From NCBI GenBank assembly GCA_950097015.1, contig CATNEN010000038.1, positions 28,582,001 to 28,646,000 on the forward strand: a DNA stretch of 64,000 nt. The letters run 5' to 3'. This DNA comes from Macrostomum hystrix (taxonomy: Eukaryota; Animalia; Platyhelminthes). Numbering within the stretch: position 1 is the stretch's first letter; every line of letters begins with the position of its first letter. The notes below the pieces were generated by a model. It did not search any database, was not told the DNA's origin, and was given only the letters and a program-made list of their open reading frames with translations. A program made the translations under genes and the position numbers. Below are positions 49,525-62,942 of this stretch, one piece after another.

Positions 49525-52500
49525 TCAACCGGCAGGCTTAGGCAAACTGGCCAACAATCGTTCCGCCAAAGCAACCCTGGAAGCTAGACTTCGATCCAAT
49601 CTAGCTAAGCACTCATTCTCAGTCATGTAGAAATATTTCGCATAGGTCGCACAGCCGTCGCCAAACAGGTGATGATTCAGAAACACCCCCGGGTCAGCCG
49701 AGCGAATCAACTCCACCGTAACTGAACTTCGACGAGCGATATTTGCGAATAACTGACGATTAGCCTGGCCTGATGTGACCTGGCCCGCTTGACTGTCCGC
49801 GGACAGTTTACTATTAGTCGCTTTAAAGCCGTCAACCTTTTCAAAAGTCTGCTTACGCAAGCAATAAACATCCTTCGAGTCGTGATCCCAGTAGCCGGTT
49901 GATTGGCTAATACTGATTGGGATTTGCAGCGGTTGCTGGGTGCCAGTCACGGCGGAAGACGCGTACGATGGATGATACAAAGAGAATGGGACAACGCTGA
50001 GTATAGTATCGGTGGGCCCGCTAGGGGCTTCGTCGGGTTCCTGCTGTTGCTGCTGCTGCTGCTGCAAAGCTGATCGGCAGCGATCGAAAAAGTCAGGCGT
50101 AAATCTATAGTACAAATCTGCGAATACAATTTGAGCCTCCGGTGGCAAGTGTTTAATAGCTAAGAGTTTGCCGAATGCAGACGAGAATGCTCGATGAGTG
50201 AGGATCAGGTTCTGAGTCAGGTGCATGCCAGGGTGCGCTCGGTCAAGCTTGGCTAAGCCATCGTGCAACGGTTTCACTTGCTCTGGAGCATTGTTGCCAG
50301 GGTTGAATACGACTAGAGATACCTGGGCGGTTTGGTTAGGATTGAAAAATGCAACTTTTTTTAGAATACTATTAATTAAATGACGAATATAGTCCTAGTT
50401 TTCGAATTAGATATAATCCAAGTTTTGGAATTTGGTATAATCCTAGCTTTGGAATTTGGTATAATCCTAGCTTTGGAATTTGGTATAATCCTAGCTTTGG
50501 AATTTGGGATAATCCTAGTTTTGGAATTTGGTATAATCCTAGCTTTGGAATTTGGGATAATCCTAGACTTGGAATTTGGGATAATCCTAGCTTTGGAATT
50601 TGGTATAATCCTAGCTTTGGAATTTGGTATAATCCTAGCTTTGGAATTTGGGATAATCCTAGCTTTGGAATTTGGGATAATCCTAGTTTTGGAATTTGGG
50701 ATAATCCTAGTTTTGGAATTTGGGATAATCCTAGCTTTGGAATTTGGGATAATCCTAGTTTTGGAATTTGGGATAATCCTAGTTCTGGAATTTGGGATAA
50801 TCCTAGTTTTGGAATTTGGGATAATCCTAGCTTTGGAATTTGGGATAATCCTAGTTTTGGAATTTGGGATAATCCTAGTTTTGGAATTTGGGATAATCCT
50901 AGTTTTGGAATTTGGGATAATCCTAGCTTTGGAATTTGGGATAATCCTAGTTTTGGAATTTGGGATAATCCTAGTTTTGGAATTTGGGATAATCCTAGTT
51001 TTGGAATTTGGGATAATCCTAGTTTTGGAATTTGGGATAATCCTAGTTTTGGAATTTGGTATAATCCTAGTTCTGGAATTTGGGATAATCCTAGTTTTGG
51101 AATTTGGGATAATCCTAGCTTTGGAATTTGGGATAATCCTAGTTTTGGAATTTGGGATAATCCTAGTTTTGGAATTTGGGATAATCCTAGTTTTGGAATT
51201 TGGGATAATCCTAGTTTTGGAATTTGGTATAATCCTAGTTCTGGAATTTGGGATAATCCTAGTTCTGGAATTTGGGATAATCCTAGTTCTGGAATTTGGG
51301 ATAATCCTAGTTTTGGAATTAGGAATAATCCTAGTTTTGGAATTTGGGATAATCCTAGTTTTGGAATTTGGGATAATCCTAGTTTTGGAATTTGGGATAA
51401 TCCTAGCTTTGGAATTTGGGATAATCCTAGTTTTGGAATTTGGGATAATCCTAGTTTTGGAATTTGGGATAATCCTAGTTTTGGAATTTGGGATAATCCT
51501 AGTTTTGGAATTTGGGATAATCCTAGTTTTGGAATTTGGGATAATCCTAGTTCTGGAATTTGGGATAATCCTAGTTTTGGAATTTGGGATAATCCTAGTT
51601 TTGGAATTTGGGATAATCCTAGCTTTGGAATTTGGGATAATCCTAGTTTTGGAATTTGGGATAATCCTAGTTTTGGAATTTGGGATAATCCTAGTTTTGG
51701 AATTTGGGATAATCCTAGTTTTGGAATTTGGGATAATCCTAGTTCTGGAATTTGGGATAATCCTAGTTTTGGTATTTGGGATAATCCTAGTTTTGGAATT
51801 TGGGATAATCCTAATTTTGGAATTTGGGATAATCCTAGTTTTGGAATTAGAAATAATCCTAGCTTTGGAATTTGGTATAATCCTAGTTCTGGAATTTGGG
51901 ATAATCCTAGTTTTGGAATTAGAAATAATCCTAGTTTTCGAATTAGAAATAATCCTAGCTTTGGAATTTGGTATAATCCTAGTTCTGGAATTCGGGATAA
52001 TCCTAGATTTGGAATTAGGAATAATCCTAGTTTTGGAATTCGGGATAATCCTAGTTCTGGAATTTGTGATAATCCTAGTTCTGGAATTAGGGATAATCCT
52101 AGACTTGGAATTAGGAATAATCCTAGTTTTGGAATTAGGGATAATCCTAGACTTGGAATTAGGAATAATCCTAGTTTTGAAATTTGGTATAATCCTAGTT
52201 CTGGAATTTGGGATAATCCTAGTTTTGAAATTTGGTATAATCCTAGTTCTGGAATTTGGGATAATCCTAGTTTTGAAATTTGGTATAATCCTAGTTCTGG
52301 AATTAGGAATAATCCTAGTTTTGGAATTCGGGATAATCCTAGTTCTGGAATTTGGGATAATCCTAGTTCTGGAATTAGGGATAATCCTAGACTTGGAATT
52401 AGGAATAATCCTAGTTTTGGAATTCGGGATAATCCTAGTTCTGGAATTTGGGATAATCCTAGTTCTGGAATTTGGGATAATCCTAGATTTGGAATTAGGA

Positions 52501-55500
52501 ATAATCCTAGTTTTGGAATTCGGGATAATCCTAGTTCTGGAATTTGGGATAATCCTAGTTTTGGAATTTGGGATAATCCTAGTTTTGGAATTTGGGATAA
52601 TCCTAGCTTTGGAATTTGGGATAATCCTAGTTCTGGAATTTGGGATAATCCTAGTTTTTTAATTTGGGATAGTGATAGTTTTGGAATTCGGGATAATCCT
52701 AGTTTTAGAATTTGGGATAATCCTAGTTTTTTTAATTTGGGATCATCCCAGTTTTTTAATTTGGGATATTCCTAGCTTTGGAATTTGGTATAATCCTAGC
52801 TTTGGAATTTGGTATAATCCTAGTTCTGGAATTTGGGATAATCCTAGCTTTGGAATTTGGGATAATCCTAGTTCTGGAATTCGGGATAATCCTAGTTCTG
52901 GAATTTGGGATAATCCTAGTTTTTTAATTTGGGATAGTGATAGTTTTGGAATTCGGGATAATCCTAGTTTTAGAATTTGGGATAATCCTAGTTTTTTTAA
53001 TTTGGGATCATCCCAGTTTTTTAATTTGGGATATTCCTAGCTTTGGAATTTGGTATAATCCTAGCTTTGGAATTTGGTATAATCCTAGTTCTGGAATTTG
53101 GGATAATCCTAGCTTTGGAATTTGGGATAATCCTAGCTTTGGAATTTGGTATAATCCTAGTTCTGGAATTTGGGATAATCCTAGCTTTGGAATTTGGTAT
53201 AATCCTAGCTTTGGAAATTGGTATATTCCTAGCTTTGGAATTTGGTATATTCCTAGTTTTGGAATTTGGTATAATCCTAGCTTTGGAATTTGGGATAATC
53301 CTAGCTTTGGAATTTGGTATATTCCTAGCTTTGGAATTTGGTATAATCCTAGCTTTGGAATTAGGGATAATCCTAGCTTTGGAATTTGGGATAATCCTAG
53401 CTTTGGAATTCGGGATAATCCTAGCTTTGGAATTTGGGATAATCCTAGCTTTGGAATTTGGTATATTCCTAGCTTTGGAATTTGGTATAATCCTAGCTTT
53501 GGAATTCGGGATAATCCTAGCTTTGGAATTTGGGATAATCCTAGCTTTGGAATTTGGGATAATCCTAGCTTTGGAATTTGGGATAATCCTAGCTTTGGAA
53601 TTTGGGATAATCCTAGTTTTGGAATTTAGGATAATCCTAGTTCTGGAATTGGGATAATCCTAGCTTTGGAATTTGGGATAATCCTAGTTCTGGAATTTGG
53701 GATAATCCTAGTTCTGGAATTTGGGATAATCCTAGCTTTGGAATTTGGGATAATCCTAGTTTTGGAATTTGGGATAATCCTAGCTTTGGAATTTTGTATA
53801 TTCCTAGCTTTGGAATTTGGTATAATCCTAGCTTTGGAATTTGGGATAATCCTAGTTTTGGAATTTGGGATAATCCCAGCTTTGGAATTTGGTATAATCC
53901 TAGCTTTGGAATTTGGGATAATCCTAGTTCTGGAATTGGGATAATCCTAGCTTTGGAATTTGGGATAATCCTAGTTCTGGAATTTGGGATAATCCTAGTT
54001 CTGGAATTTGGGATAATCCTAGCTTTGGAATTTGGGATAATCCTAGTTTTGGAATTTGGGATAATCCTAGCTTTGGAATTTGGGATAATCCTAGCTTTGG
54101 AATTTGGGATAATCCTAGTTTTGGAATTTGGGATAATCCTAGTTTTGGAATTTGGGATAATCCTAGCTTTGGAATTTGGGATAATCCTAGCTTTGGAATT
54201 TGGTATATTCCTAGCTTTGGAATTTGGTATAATCCTAGCTTTGGAATTTGGGATAATCCTAGTTTTGGAATTTGGGATAATCCTAGCTTTGGAATTTGGT
54301 ATAATCCTAGCTTTGGAATTTGGGATAATCCTAGCTTTGGAATTTGGGATAATCCTAGCTTTGGAATTTGGGATAATCCTAGCTTTGGAATTTGGTATAA
54401 TCCTAGCTTTGGAATTTGGGATAATCCTAGCTTTGGAATTTGGTATAATCCTAGCTTTGGAATTTGGGATAATCCTAGCTTTGGAATTTGGGATAATCCT
54501 AGCTTTGGAATTTGGGATAATCCTAGTTCTGGAATTTGGTATATTCCTAGCTTTGGAATTTGGTATAATCCTAGCTTTGGAATTTGGGATAATCCTAGCT
54601 TTGGAATTTGGGATAATCCTAGCTTTGGAATTTGGGATAATCCTAGTTCTGGAATTTGGTATATTCCTAGCTTTGGAATTTGGGATAATCCTAGCTTTGG
54701 AATTTGGTATATTCCTAGCTTTGGAATTTGGTATAATCCTAGTTTTGGAATTTGGTATATTCCTAGCTTTGGAATTTGGAATAATCCTAGTTTTGGAATT
54801 TGGGATAATCCTAGTTTTGGAATTTGGTATATTCCTAGCTTTGGAATTTGGTATATTCCTAGTTTTGGAATTTGGGATAATCCTAGCTTTGGAATTTGGG
54901 ATAATCCTAGCTTTGGAATTTGGGATAATCCTAGCTTTGGAATTCGGGATAATCCTAGTTCTGGAATTTGGTATAATCCTAGCTTTGGAATTTGGGATAA
55001 TCCTAGTTTTGGAATTTGGGATAATCCTAGCTTTGGAATTTGGGATAATCCTAGCTTTGGAATTAGGGATAATCCTAGTTTTTTAATTTGGGATAATCAT
55101 AGTTCTGGAATTAGGGATAATCCTAGCTTTGGAATTTGGGATAATCCTAGCTTTGGAATTTGGGATAATCCTAGTTTTGGAATTTGGGATAATCCTAGTT
55201 CTGGAATTTGGGATAATCCTAGATTTGGAATTAGGAATAATCCTAGTTTTGGAATTCGGGATAATCCTAGTTCTGGAATTTGGGATAATCCTAGCTTTGG
55301 AATTTGGGATAATCCTAGTTTTGGAATTTGGGATAATCCTAGTTTTGGAATTTAGGATAATCCTAGTTCTGGAATTTGGTATAATCCTAGCTTTGGAATT
55401 TGGGATAATCCTAGCTTTGGAATTTGGGATAATCCTAGTTTTGGAATTTGGTATAATCCTAGCTTTGGAATTCGGGATAATCCTAGCTTTGGAATTTGGG

Positions 55501-58500
55501 ATAATCCTAGCTTTGGAATTTGGGATAATCCTAGTTCTGGAATTTGGTATATTCCTAGCTTTGGAATTTGGGATAATCCTAGCTTTGGAATTTGGGATAA
55601 TCCTAGCTTTGGAATTTGGTATAATCCTAGTTTTGGAATTTGGTATATTCCTAGCTTTGGAATTTGGTATAATCCTAGCTTTGGAATTTGGGATAATCCT
55701 AGCTTTGGAATTTGGGATAATCCTAGCTTTGGAATTTGGTATAATCCTAGCTTTGGAATTTGGGATAATCCTAGCTTTGGAATTTGGGATAATCCTAGCT
55801 TTGGAATTTGGGATAATCCTAGTTCTGGAATTTGGGATAATCCTAGTTTTGGAATTTGGTATATTCCTAGCTTTGGAATTTGGGATAATCCTAGCTTTGG
55901 AATTTGGTATAATCCTAGTTTTGGAATTTGGTATATTCCTAGCTTTGGAATTTGGTATAATCCTAGTTTTGGAATTTGGTATATTCCTAGTTTTGGAATT
56001 TGGTATATTCCTAGCTTTGGAATTTGGGATAATCCTAGTTTTAGAATTTGGGATAATCCTAGTTTTTTAAATTTGGGATCATCCCAGTTTTTTAATTTGG
56101 GATAATCCTAGTTTTTTAAATTTGGGATCATCCCAGTTTTTTAATTTGGGATAATCCTAGCTCTGGAATTAGGGATAATCCTAGTTTTGAAATTTGGGAT
56201 AATCCTAGCTTTGGAATTTGGGATAATCCTAGTTCTGGAATTTGGGATAATCCTAGATTTGGAATTAGGAATAATCCTAGTTTTGGAATTCGGGATAATC
56301 CTAGTTCTGGAATTTGTGATAATCCTAGTTCTGGAATTAGGGATAATCCTAGACTTGGAATTAGGAATAATCCTAGTTTTGGAATTTGGGATAATCCTAG
56401 TTCTGGAATTAGGGATAATCCTAGTTTTGGAATTTGGGATAATCCTAGACTTGGAATTAGGGATAATCCTAGTTCTGGAATTAGGGATAATCCTAGTTTT
56501 GGAATTTAGGATAATCCTAGCTTTGGAATTTGGGATAATCCTAGCTTTGGAATTTGGGATAATCCTAGCTTTGGAATTTAGGATAATCCTAGCTTTGGAA
56601 TTTGGGATAATCCTAGTTCTGGAATTAGGGATAATCCTAGTTTTGGAATTTGGGATAATCCTAGTTTTGGAATTAGGGATAATCCTAGTTTTGAAATTTG
56701 GGATAATCCTAGCTTTGGAATTTGGGATAATCCTAGTTCTGGAATTTGGGATAATCCTAGATTTGGAATTAGGAATAATCCTAGTTTTGGAATTCGGGAT
56801 AATCCTAGTTCTGGAATTTGTGATAATCCTAGTTCTGGAATTAGGGATAATCCTAGACTTGGAATTAGGAATAATCCTAGTTTTGGAATTTGGGATAATC
56901 CTAGTTCTGGAATTAGGGATAATCCTAGTTTTGGAATTTGGGATAATCCTAGTTTTGGAATTTGGGATAATCCTAGACTTGGAATTAGGAATAACCCTTG
57001 CATTGGAATTTGGGATAATCCTAGCTTTGGAATTCGGGATAATCCTAGTTTTGGAATTCGGGATAATCCTAGTTTTGGAATTTGGGATAATCCTAGCTTT
57101 GGAATTTAGGATAATCCTAGACTTGGAATTCGGGATAATCCTAGTTTTGGAATTTAGGATAATCCTAGTTTTGGAATTCGGGATAATCCTAGTTTTGGAA
57201 TTTGGGATAATCCTAGAATTGGAATTCGGGATAATCCTAGAATTGGAATTCGGGATAATCCTAGTTTTGGAATTTAGGATAATCCTAGTTTTGGAATTCG
57301 GGATAATCCTAGTTTTTTAATTTGGGATAATCCTAGTTTTGGAATTTGGGATAATCCTAGACTTGGAATTAGGAATAACCCTTGCATTGGAATTTGGGAT
57401 AATCCTAGCTTTGGAATTCGGGATAATCCTAGAATTGGAATTCGGGATAATCCTAGAATTGGAATTAGGAATAATCCTAGTTTTGGAATTTGGGATAATC
57501 CTAGTTCTGGAATTAGGGATAATCCTAGTTTTGGAATTTGGGATAATCCTAGTTCTGGAATTTGGGATAATCCTAGACTTGGAATTAGGAATAATCCTAG
57601 TTTTGGAATTAGGAATAATCCTAGTTTTGGAATTTGGCATAATCCTAGCTTTGGAATTTGGGATAATCCTAGAATTGGAATTCGGGATAATCCTAGTTTT
57701 GGAATTTAGGATAATCCTAGTTTTGGAATTCGGGATAATCCTAGTTTTGGAATTTGGGATAATCCTAGTTTTGGAATTTGGGATAATCCTAGTTTTTTAA
57801 TTTGGGATAATCCTAGTTTTGGAATTTGGGATAATCCTAGTTTTGGAATTTAGGATAATCCTAGTTTTTTAATTTGGGATAATCCTAGTTTTGGAATTTG
57901 GGATAATCCTAGACTTGGAATTAGGAATAACCCTTGCATTGGAATTTGGGATAATCCTAGCTTTGGAATTCGGGATAATCCTAGAATTGGAATTCGGGAT
58001 AATCCTAGAATTGGAATTAGGAATAATCCTAGTTTTGGAATTTGGGATAATCCTAGTTCTGGAATTAGGGATAATCCTAGTTTTGGAATTTGGGATAATC
58101 CTAGTTCTGGAATTTGGGATAATCCTAGTTTTGGAATTTGGCATAATCCTAGCTTTGGAATTTGGGATAATCCTAATTCTGGAATTTGGGATAATCCTAG
58201 ACTTGGAATTAGGAATAATCCTAGTTTTGGAATTTGGGATAATCCTAGCTTTGGAATTTGGCATAATCCTAGTTTTGGAATTTGGTATAATCCTAGACTT
58301 GGAATTAGGAATAATCCTAGTTTTGGAATTTGGGATAATCCTAGTTCTGGAATTTGGGATAATCCTAGTTCTGGAATTTGGGATAATCCTAGATTTGGAA
58401 TTTGGGATAATCCTAGTTTTGGAATTTGGGATAATCCTAGTTCTGGAATTTGGGATAATCCTAGTTTTGGAATTTGGGATAATCCTAGTTCTGGAATTTG

Positions 58501-61500
58501 GGATAATCCTAGTTCTGGAATTTGGTATAATCCTAGTTCTGGAATTTGGGATAATCCTAGATTTGGAATTAGGAATAATCCTAGTTTTGGAATTTGGGAT
58601 AATCCTAGTTCTGGAATTTGGGATAATCCTAGACTTGGAATTAGGAATAATCCTAGTTTTGGAATTTGGGATAATCCTAGTTCTTGATTTAGTGGAAATT
58701 GAACAGTTACGATTGGGGAATAATCAGTTATAGACTTCGCGATAAACCTAAATAAAAAAGTGAGGAATAATCTCACTTAATTAGGGATAAAATCGAAAAG
58801 AGAATAATAAGCAGAAAAACCACTGACCTGAACCTGCCTAGCGCTAGGGAAGATTCTCTTAGCGAAATCGTCCAACCAATCAAGCAGCAGATTGAGCAAT
58901 TCAAACGGCGCCGGCAGTATCAAATGCGTGGCCTCGTGAGCAGCGGGCTTAGCCGAATAGTGCACCCTCGAGGTGACGTACAGATTAGTGAAAGGCCGAA
59001 CCAACCGGAGCTGGACAAGCTCCGGAGACTTTCCGGTTCGTTTGCGCCTGGCTAAATTCAAGTACAGAATGTACTCTTTTCCGCGCAACGGATCAATGCG
59101 CTCGTAGCCGCCGCGAAGGCCTTCAACATCGAATTTGTGCCCGCCGTAGGCGTTTAATAATGGAAAGGCTTCGTGAAACACTTGCTGAATGTCGTTGTAT
59201 TGATACTTCTTCATTGATGTCCGAGGAACGGAGCGGTGAACGTCGTACAGTGTGTCCTGCGCAATTAAATTTGGTGGGCCGGGGTTGAAACGCATTTGAG
59301 TCTACTTGCAGTAGTATGAAGACCATATTTTACTAAAACTGCTAGTGCAGGCAGAAAAAAAACTGTTTTATCTTCAGCTAACAGACCGCATCAAATTCTA
59401 ATTCAATCTTTACAGTTCATGGACAGTACATCTGGTTTAACAGTAGAACTACCAAGGGGGGATACCCTCAGAATCCCCTCAGCTTCTCAGACGGTCGAGA
59501 TATTCTATAATTCTAGCTGAAGGTCAGATTTTCCCATAAGCACTAGTGTATTTCATACACCCTAAAACACGAATTAGCACAGCTCCTCAGTGCGCCATTG
59601 CCAGGCCTTCAAAATCTACCAGCATGTCACCCGAATGTGCCTGCATCATCTCCGTCTTTGGTGGTCACTTACCTTTATCTAGACCAGGGGTCGGCAAACT
59701 TATTAGCTAGCGGGCCAAAGAGAGAAACTAAAAGACAGCAGAAGGCCGCATTGACTGCATAGAAATATGAGATAATGGAAAGATAAGACAGAGAGAGATG
59801 ACAGGGGATATAGGACAAAGGGGAGATGAGACAAGCGAGAGATAAGACACGGGAGAGATGAGACACTGGAGAGATGAGACACTGGAGAGATGAGGCACGG
59901 GAGAGATGAGGCACGGGAGAGATGAGACAGTGGAGAGATGAGACACTGGAGAGATGAGACAGTGGAGAGATGAGACAGTGGAGAGATGAGACACGGGAGA
60001 GATGAGACACTGGAGAGATGAGGCACGGGAGAGATGAGGCACGGGAGAGATGAGACAGTGGAGAGATGAGACACTGGAGAGATGAGACAGTGGAGAGATG
60101 ACAGGGGATATAGGACAAAGGGGAGATGAGACAAGCGAGAGATAAGACACGGGAGAGATGAGACACTGGAGAGATGAGACACTGGAGAGATGAGGCACGG
60201 GAGAGATGAGGCACGGGAGAGATGAGACAGTGGAGAGATGAGACACTGGAGAGATGAGACAGTGGAGAGATGAGACAGTGGAGAGATGAGACACGGGAGA
60301 GATGAGACACTGGAGAGATGAGGCACGGGAGAGATGAGGCACGGGAGAGATGAGACAGTGGAGAGATGAGACACTGGAGAGATGAGACAGTGGAGAGATG
60401 AGACAGTGGAGAGATGAGACAGTGGAGAGATGAGACAGTGGAGAGATGAGACACTGGAGAGATGAGACAGTGGAGAGATGAGACAGGGGAGAGATGAGAC
60501 AGTGGAGAGATGAGACAGTGGAGAGATGAGTCACGGGAGAGATGAGACACGGGAGAGATGAGACACAGAAGAGATGAGACGCGGGAGAGATGAGACACAG
60601 GGAGAGAGATGAGACACGGGAGAGACGAGACAAGCGAGAGATAAGACACGGGAGAGATGAGACAGTGGAGAGATGAGACAGTGGAGAGATGAGACACGGG
60701 AGAGATGAGACAGTGGAGAGATGAGACACGGGAGAGATGAGACAGTGGAGAGATGAGACAGTGGAGAGATAAGGCACGGGAGAGATGAGGCACGGGAGAG
60801 ATGAGACAGTGGAGAGATGAGACACTGGAGAGATGAGACAGTGGAGAGATGAGACAGTGGAGAGATGAGACAGTGGAGAGATGAGACAGTGGAGAGATGA
60901 GACACTGGAGAGATGAGACAGTGGAGAGATGAGACAGGGGAGAGATGAGACAGTGGAGAGATGAGACAGTGGAGAGATGAGACAGTGGAGAGATAAGACA
61001 CGGGAGAGATGAGACAGTGGAGAGATGAGACACGGGAGAGATGAGACACGGGAGAGATGAGACAGGGGAGAGATAAGACAGGGAAGAGATCAAACAGGCT
61101 ACACCGGGTGGAACTAAGCCACAATGAACACCCTGACGCGAATTTCTTTAAGTTCACTGATCAAGCTCAAATATTAGGCGCAGCTCAACCACAAAATGGC
61201 TTGGCAGTCATTCTGTTAAGTGCGGTTTCTACGAGCTATATTAAAATTCTATTTTATAAAAGATCAGACGGCACACAAACCTCAGTAAAGTAGCGATACT
61301 CGATGGTCTCATTCTCATGCCTTGGCTTATAAGGCATTTTAAGTTGCTCGTGAATGTCGCCGCAAATTCTCTTTCTCATGTGGTCAATAGATTCAGCTTC
61401 GCTCAACGAATTGACGGCGTTCAAACGTTCGCCAGCCAATGATTTCGAATAGCTGTAATTGGACGATTCAATCAGAACCCTGAGGGTGTAGCCAATGCCG

Positions 61501-61553
61501 CAGGCCACTACAAACTTTAGCAGTTCAGTTATTTTTAGCCTAACTATGCGCAT
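49525..61553 (-). CDS. Chondroitin synthase / chondroitin polymerizing factor family protein (C-terminal module only); exons 61553-61281, 59301-58828, 50322-49525
   Basis: N-terminal signal anchor; PRHENETIEYRYFTE, GYERIDPLRGKEYIL, LVRPF, HLILP, LAIKHLPPEAQIVFADLYYRFTPDFFDRCR and GYWD align by memory with the CHSY/CHPF C-terminal half. Phase-0 joins. Confidence 0.75.
50390..58685. repeat. 24-bp minisatellite (ttggaatttgggataatcctagtt), about 345 copies, 8.3 kb, intronic
   Basis: Continuous tandem array with variant blocks and higher-order duplications (e.g. 265 bp at about 52670/52935). Confidence 0.97.
59685..61090. repeat. hAT-like end (CAGGGGTCGGCAAACT) followed by 16-bp minisatellite (ggagagatgagacagt) with a 300-bp duplication
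   Basis: TIR-like start preceded by ATCTAGAC; block 59801-60100 repeated from 60101. Confidence 0.88.
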
Positions 61554-61689
61554 TTTGTAAGCTGCAAATAGGTGAGAGGATATGAGATTAGAAAAATACT
61601 TTTATAACTCAGTGAAACATTGAACAGACAATTGACTTACTGAGATCACAAAAGCACTCAGCTCCAAAACTCATGAGATTTCAAATTAC

Positions 61690-62590
61690 TAAATCCTAAC
61701 TCGATGAGACCCCAAGTCACTGAGATCCCAACTCATTGAGATCCCAACTCATTGAGATCCCAACTCACTAGGATCCCAACTCACTAGGATCCCAACTCAC
61801 TGATATCCCAACTCACTGAGATCACAACTCACTGATATCCCAACTCACTGATATCCCAACTCACTGATATCCCAACTCACTGATATCCCAACTCACTGAG
61901 ATCCTAACTCATTGATATCTCAACTCACTGATATCCCAAGTCATTGAGATCCTAACTCACTGAGATCCCAACTCACTAGGATCCCAACTCATTGAGATCC
62001 CAACTCACTAGGATCCCAACTCACTAGGATCCCAACTCACTGAGATCCCAACTCACTAGGATCCCAACTCACTAGGATCCCAACTCACTGAGATCCCAAC
62101 TCATTGAGATTCCAACTTTCTCAGATCCCAGGGGGGTCGGTGGCAGAGCGGTTATCGCGTTTGCCTCTCGCACCAAGGTCCCTAAGTTCGATTCCACGGC
62201 GAGGCCACATTTATTTGGGGCGCAGCCGCGGAGAGAAGGCTTGGGGGCTTGTCGTGCAATTTACACCCTTGTGGGCCAACCTCCAAGGCACAGTGAAATG
62301 TACACGGCCTGACGATGAGAAAGTCAGGGGCAGAGGTACACACCTGTGTGAGCGTGTGCCTGCGTACAGTATCCGTGTGCGTGTGTGCTCAGGAGTCAGC
62401 GAAATGGGCAGAATTGCCTCCTCGCTGGCTGCGGGTCTGGTGTCACTAAATGATGTGCCACTGCCCGCAGCCCTCCTGCAATTATTATTATTATAATATT
62501 ATTACTCAGATCCCAACTCACTGATATACCAGCTCACAAATATACCAACTCATTGAGATCCCAACTCACAGAGATCCCGAACTGAATAAA
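61690..62590. repeat. 16-bp minisatellite (atcccaactcactgag) interrupted by a SINE
   Basis: Units on both sides of the SINE. Confidence 0.9.
62131..62504 (+). mobile_element. SINE family A, full-length reference copy (about 370 bp)
   Basis: A box tggcagagcgg, B box gttcgattcc, (tta)n tail, 11-bp TSD ctcagatccca (62120-62130 / 62505-62515). Confidence 0.92.
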
Positions 62591-62942
62591 ATCCCAAAAC
62601 TAACATAAATTGATTCACACAAAGCTTTAGCTTTAGCATGAAAAAAATGCAAAAGACAAAACAATATAAAAACAAAAAAATCGAAAGAAATTTATTTACA
62701 AAAACGGTACTTTAAAAATACAAGATTTATAAAAGAGGTACTGCATTTTTAGGTAAAAAAAATAAACAATTGTAGCAAAAATATGCTCACAGAAACGAAC
62801 CAATTAATGATATTGAAAATGCAAGCGGTATATACACAGGATAAAAGACTGGGAATATTTAAAAGTTACGGCACATGCTAAATATTAAGTTGACACAATA
62901 TTGAACATTATATAAAACAGGCAACATTATATTGCATTGTTA

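Noticed and set aside
50380-58776. Very long hydrophobic ORFs (LEFGIILV)n up to 760 aa
   Set aside because: Translation of a 24-bp array antisense within an intron; frameshifts and stops occur at random between blocks.
59660-59684. Strong minus-strand donor AAG|GTAAGT suggesting an extra CHPF-like exon
   Set aside because: The sequence upstream of it is TIR and minisatellite with stops; exons 1 and 2 already join in frame with homology continuity.
62296-62345. Hammerhead-like CTGACGA-TGA-GAAA in SINE A
   Set aside because: No stem III or NUH placement is possible; cctgac/gtcagg simply close a hairpin.
62104-62496. ORFs overlapping SINE copies (also 12233-12598, 19312-19620, 37586-37834)
   Set aside because: Chance frames in non-coding SINE sequence with no protein motif.
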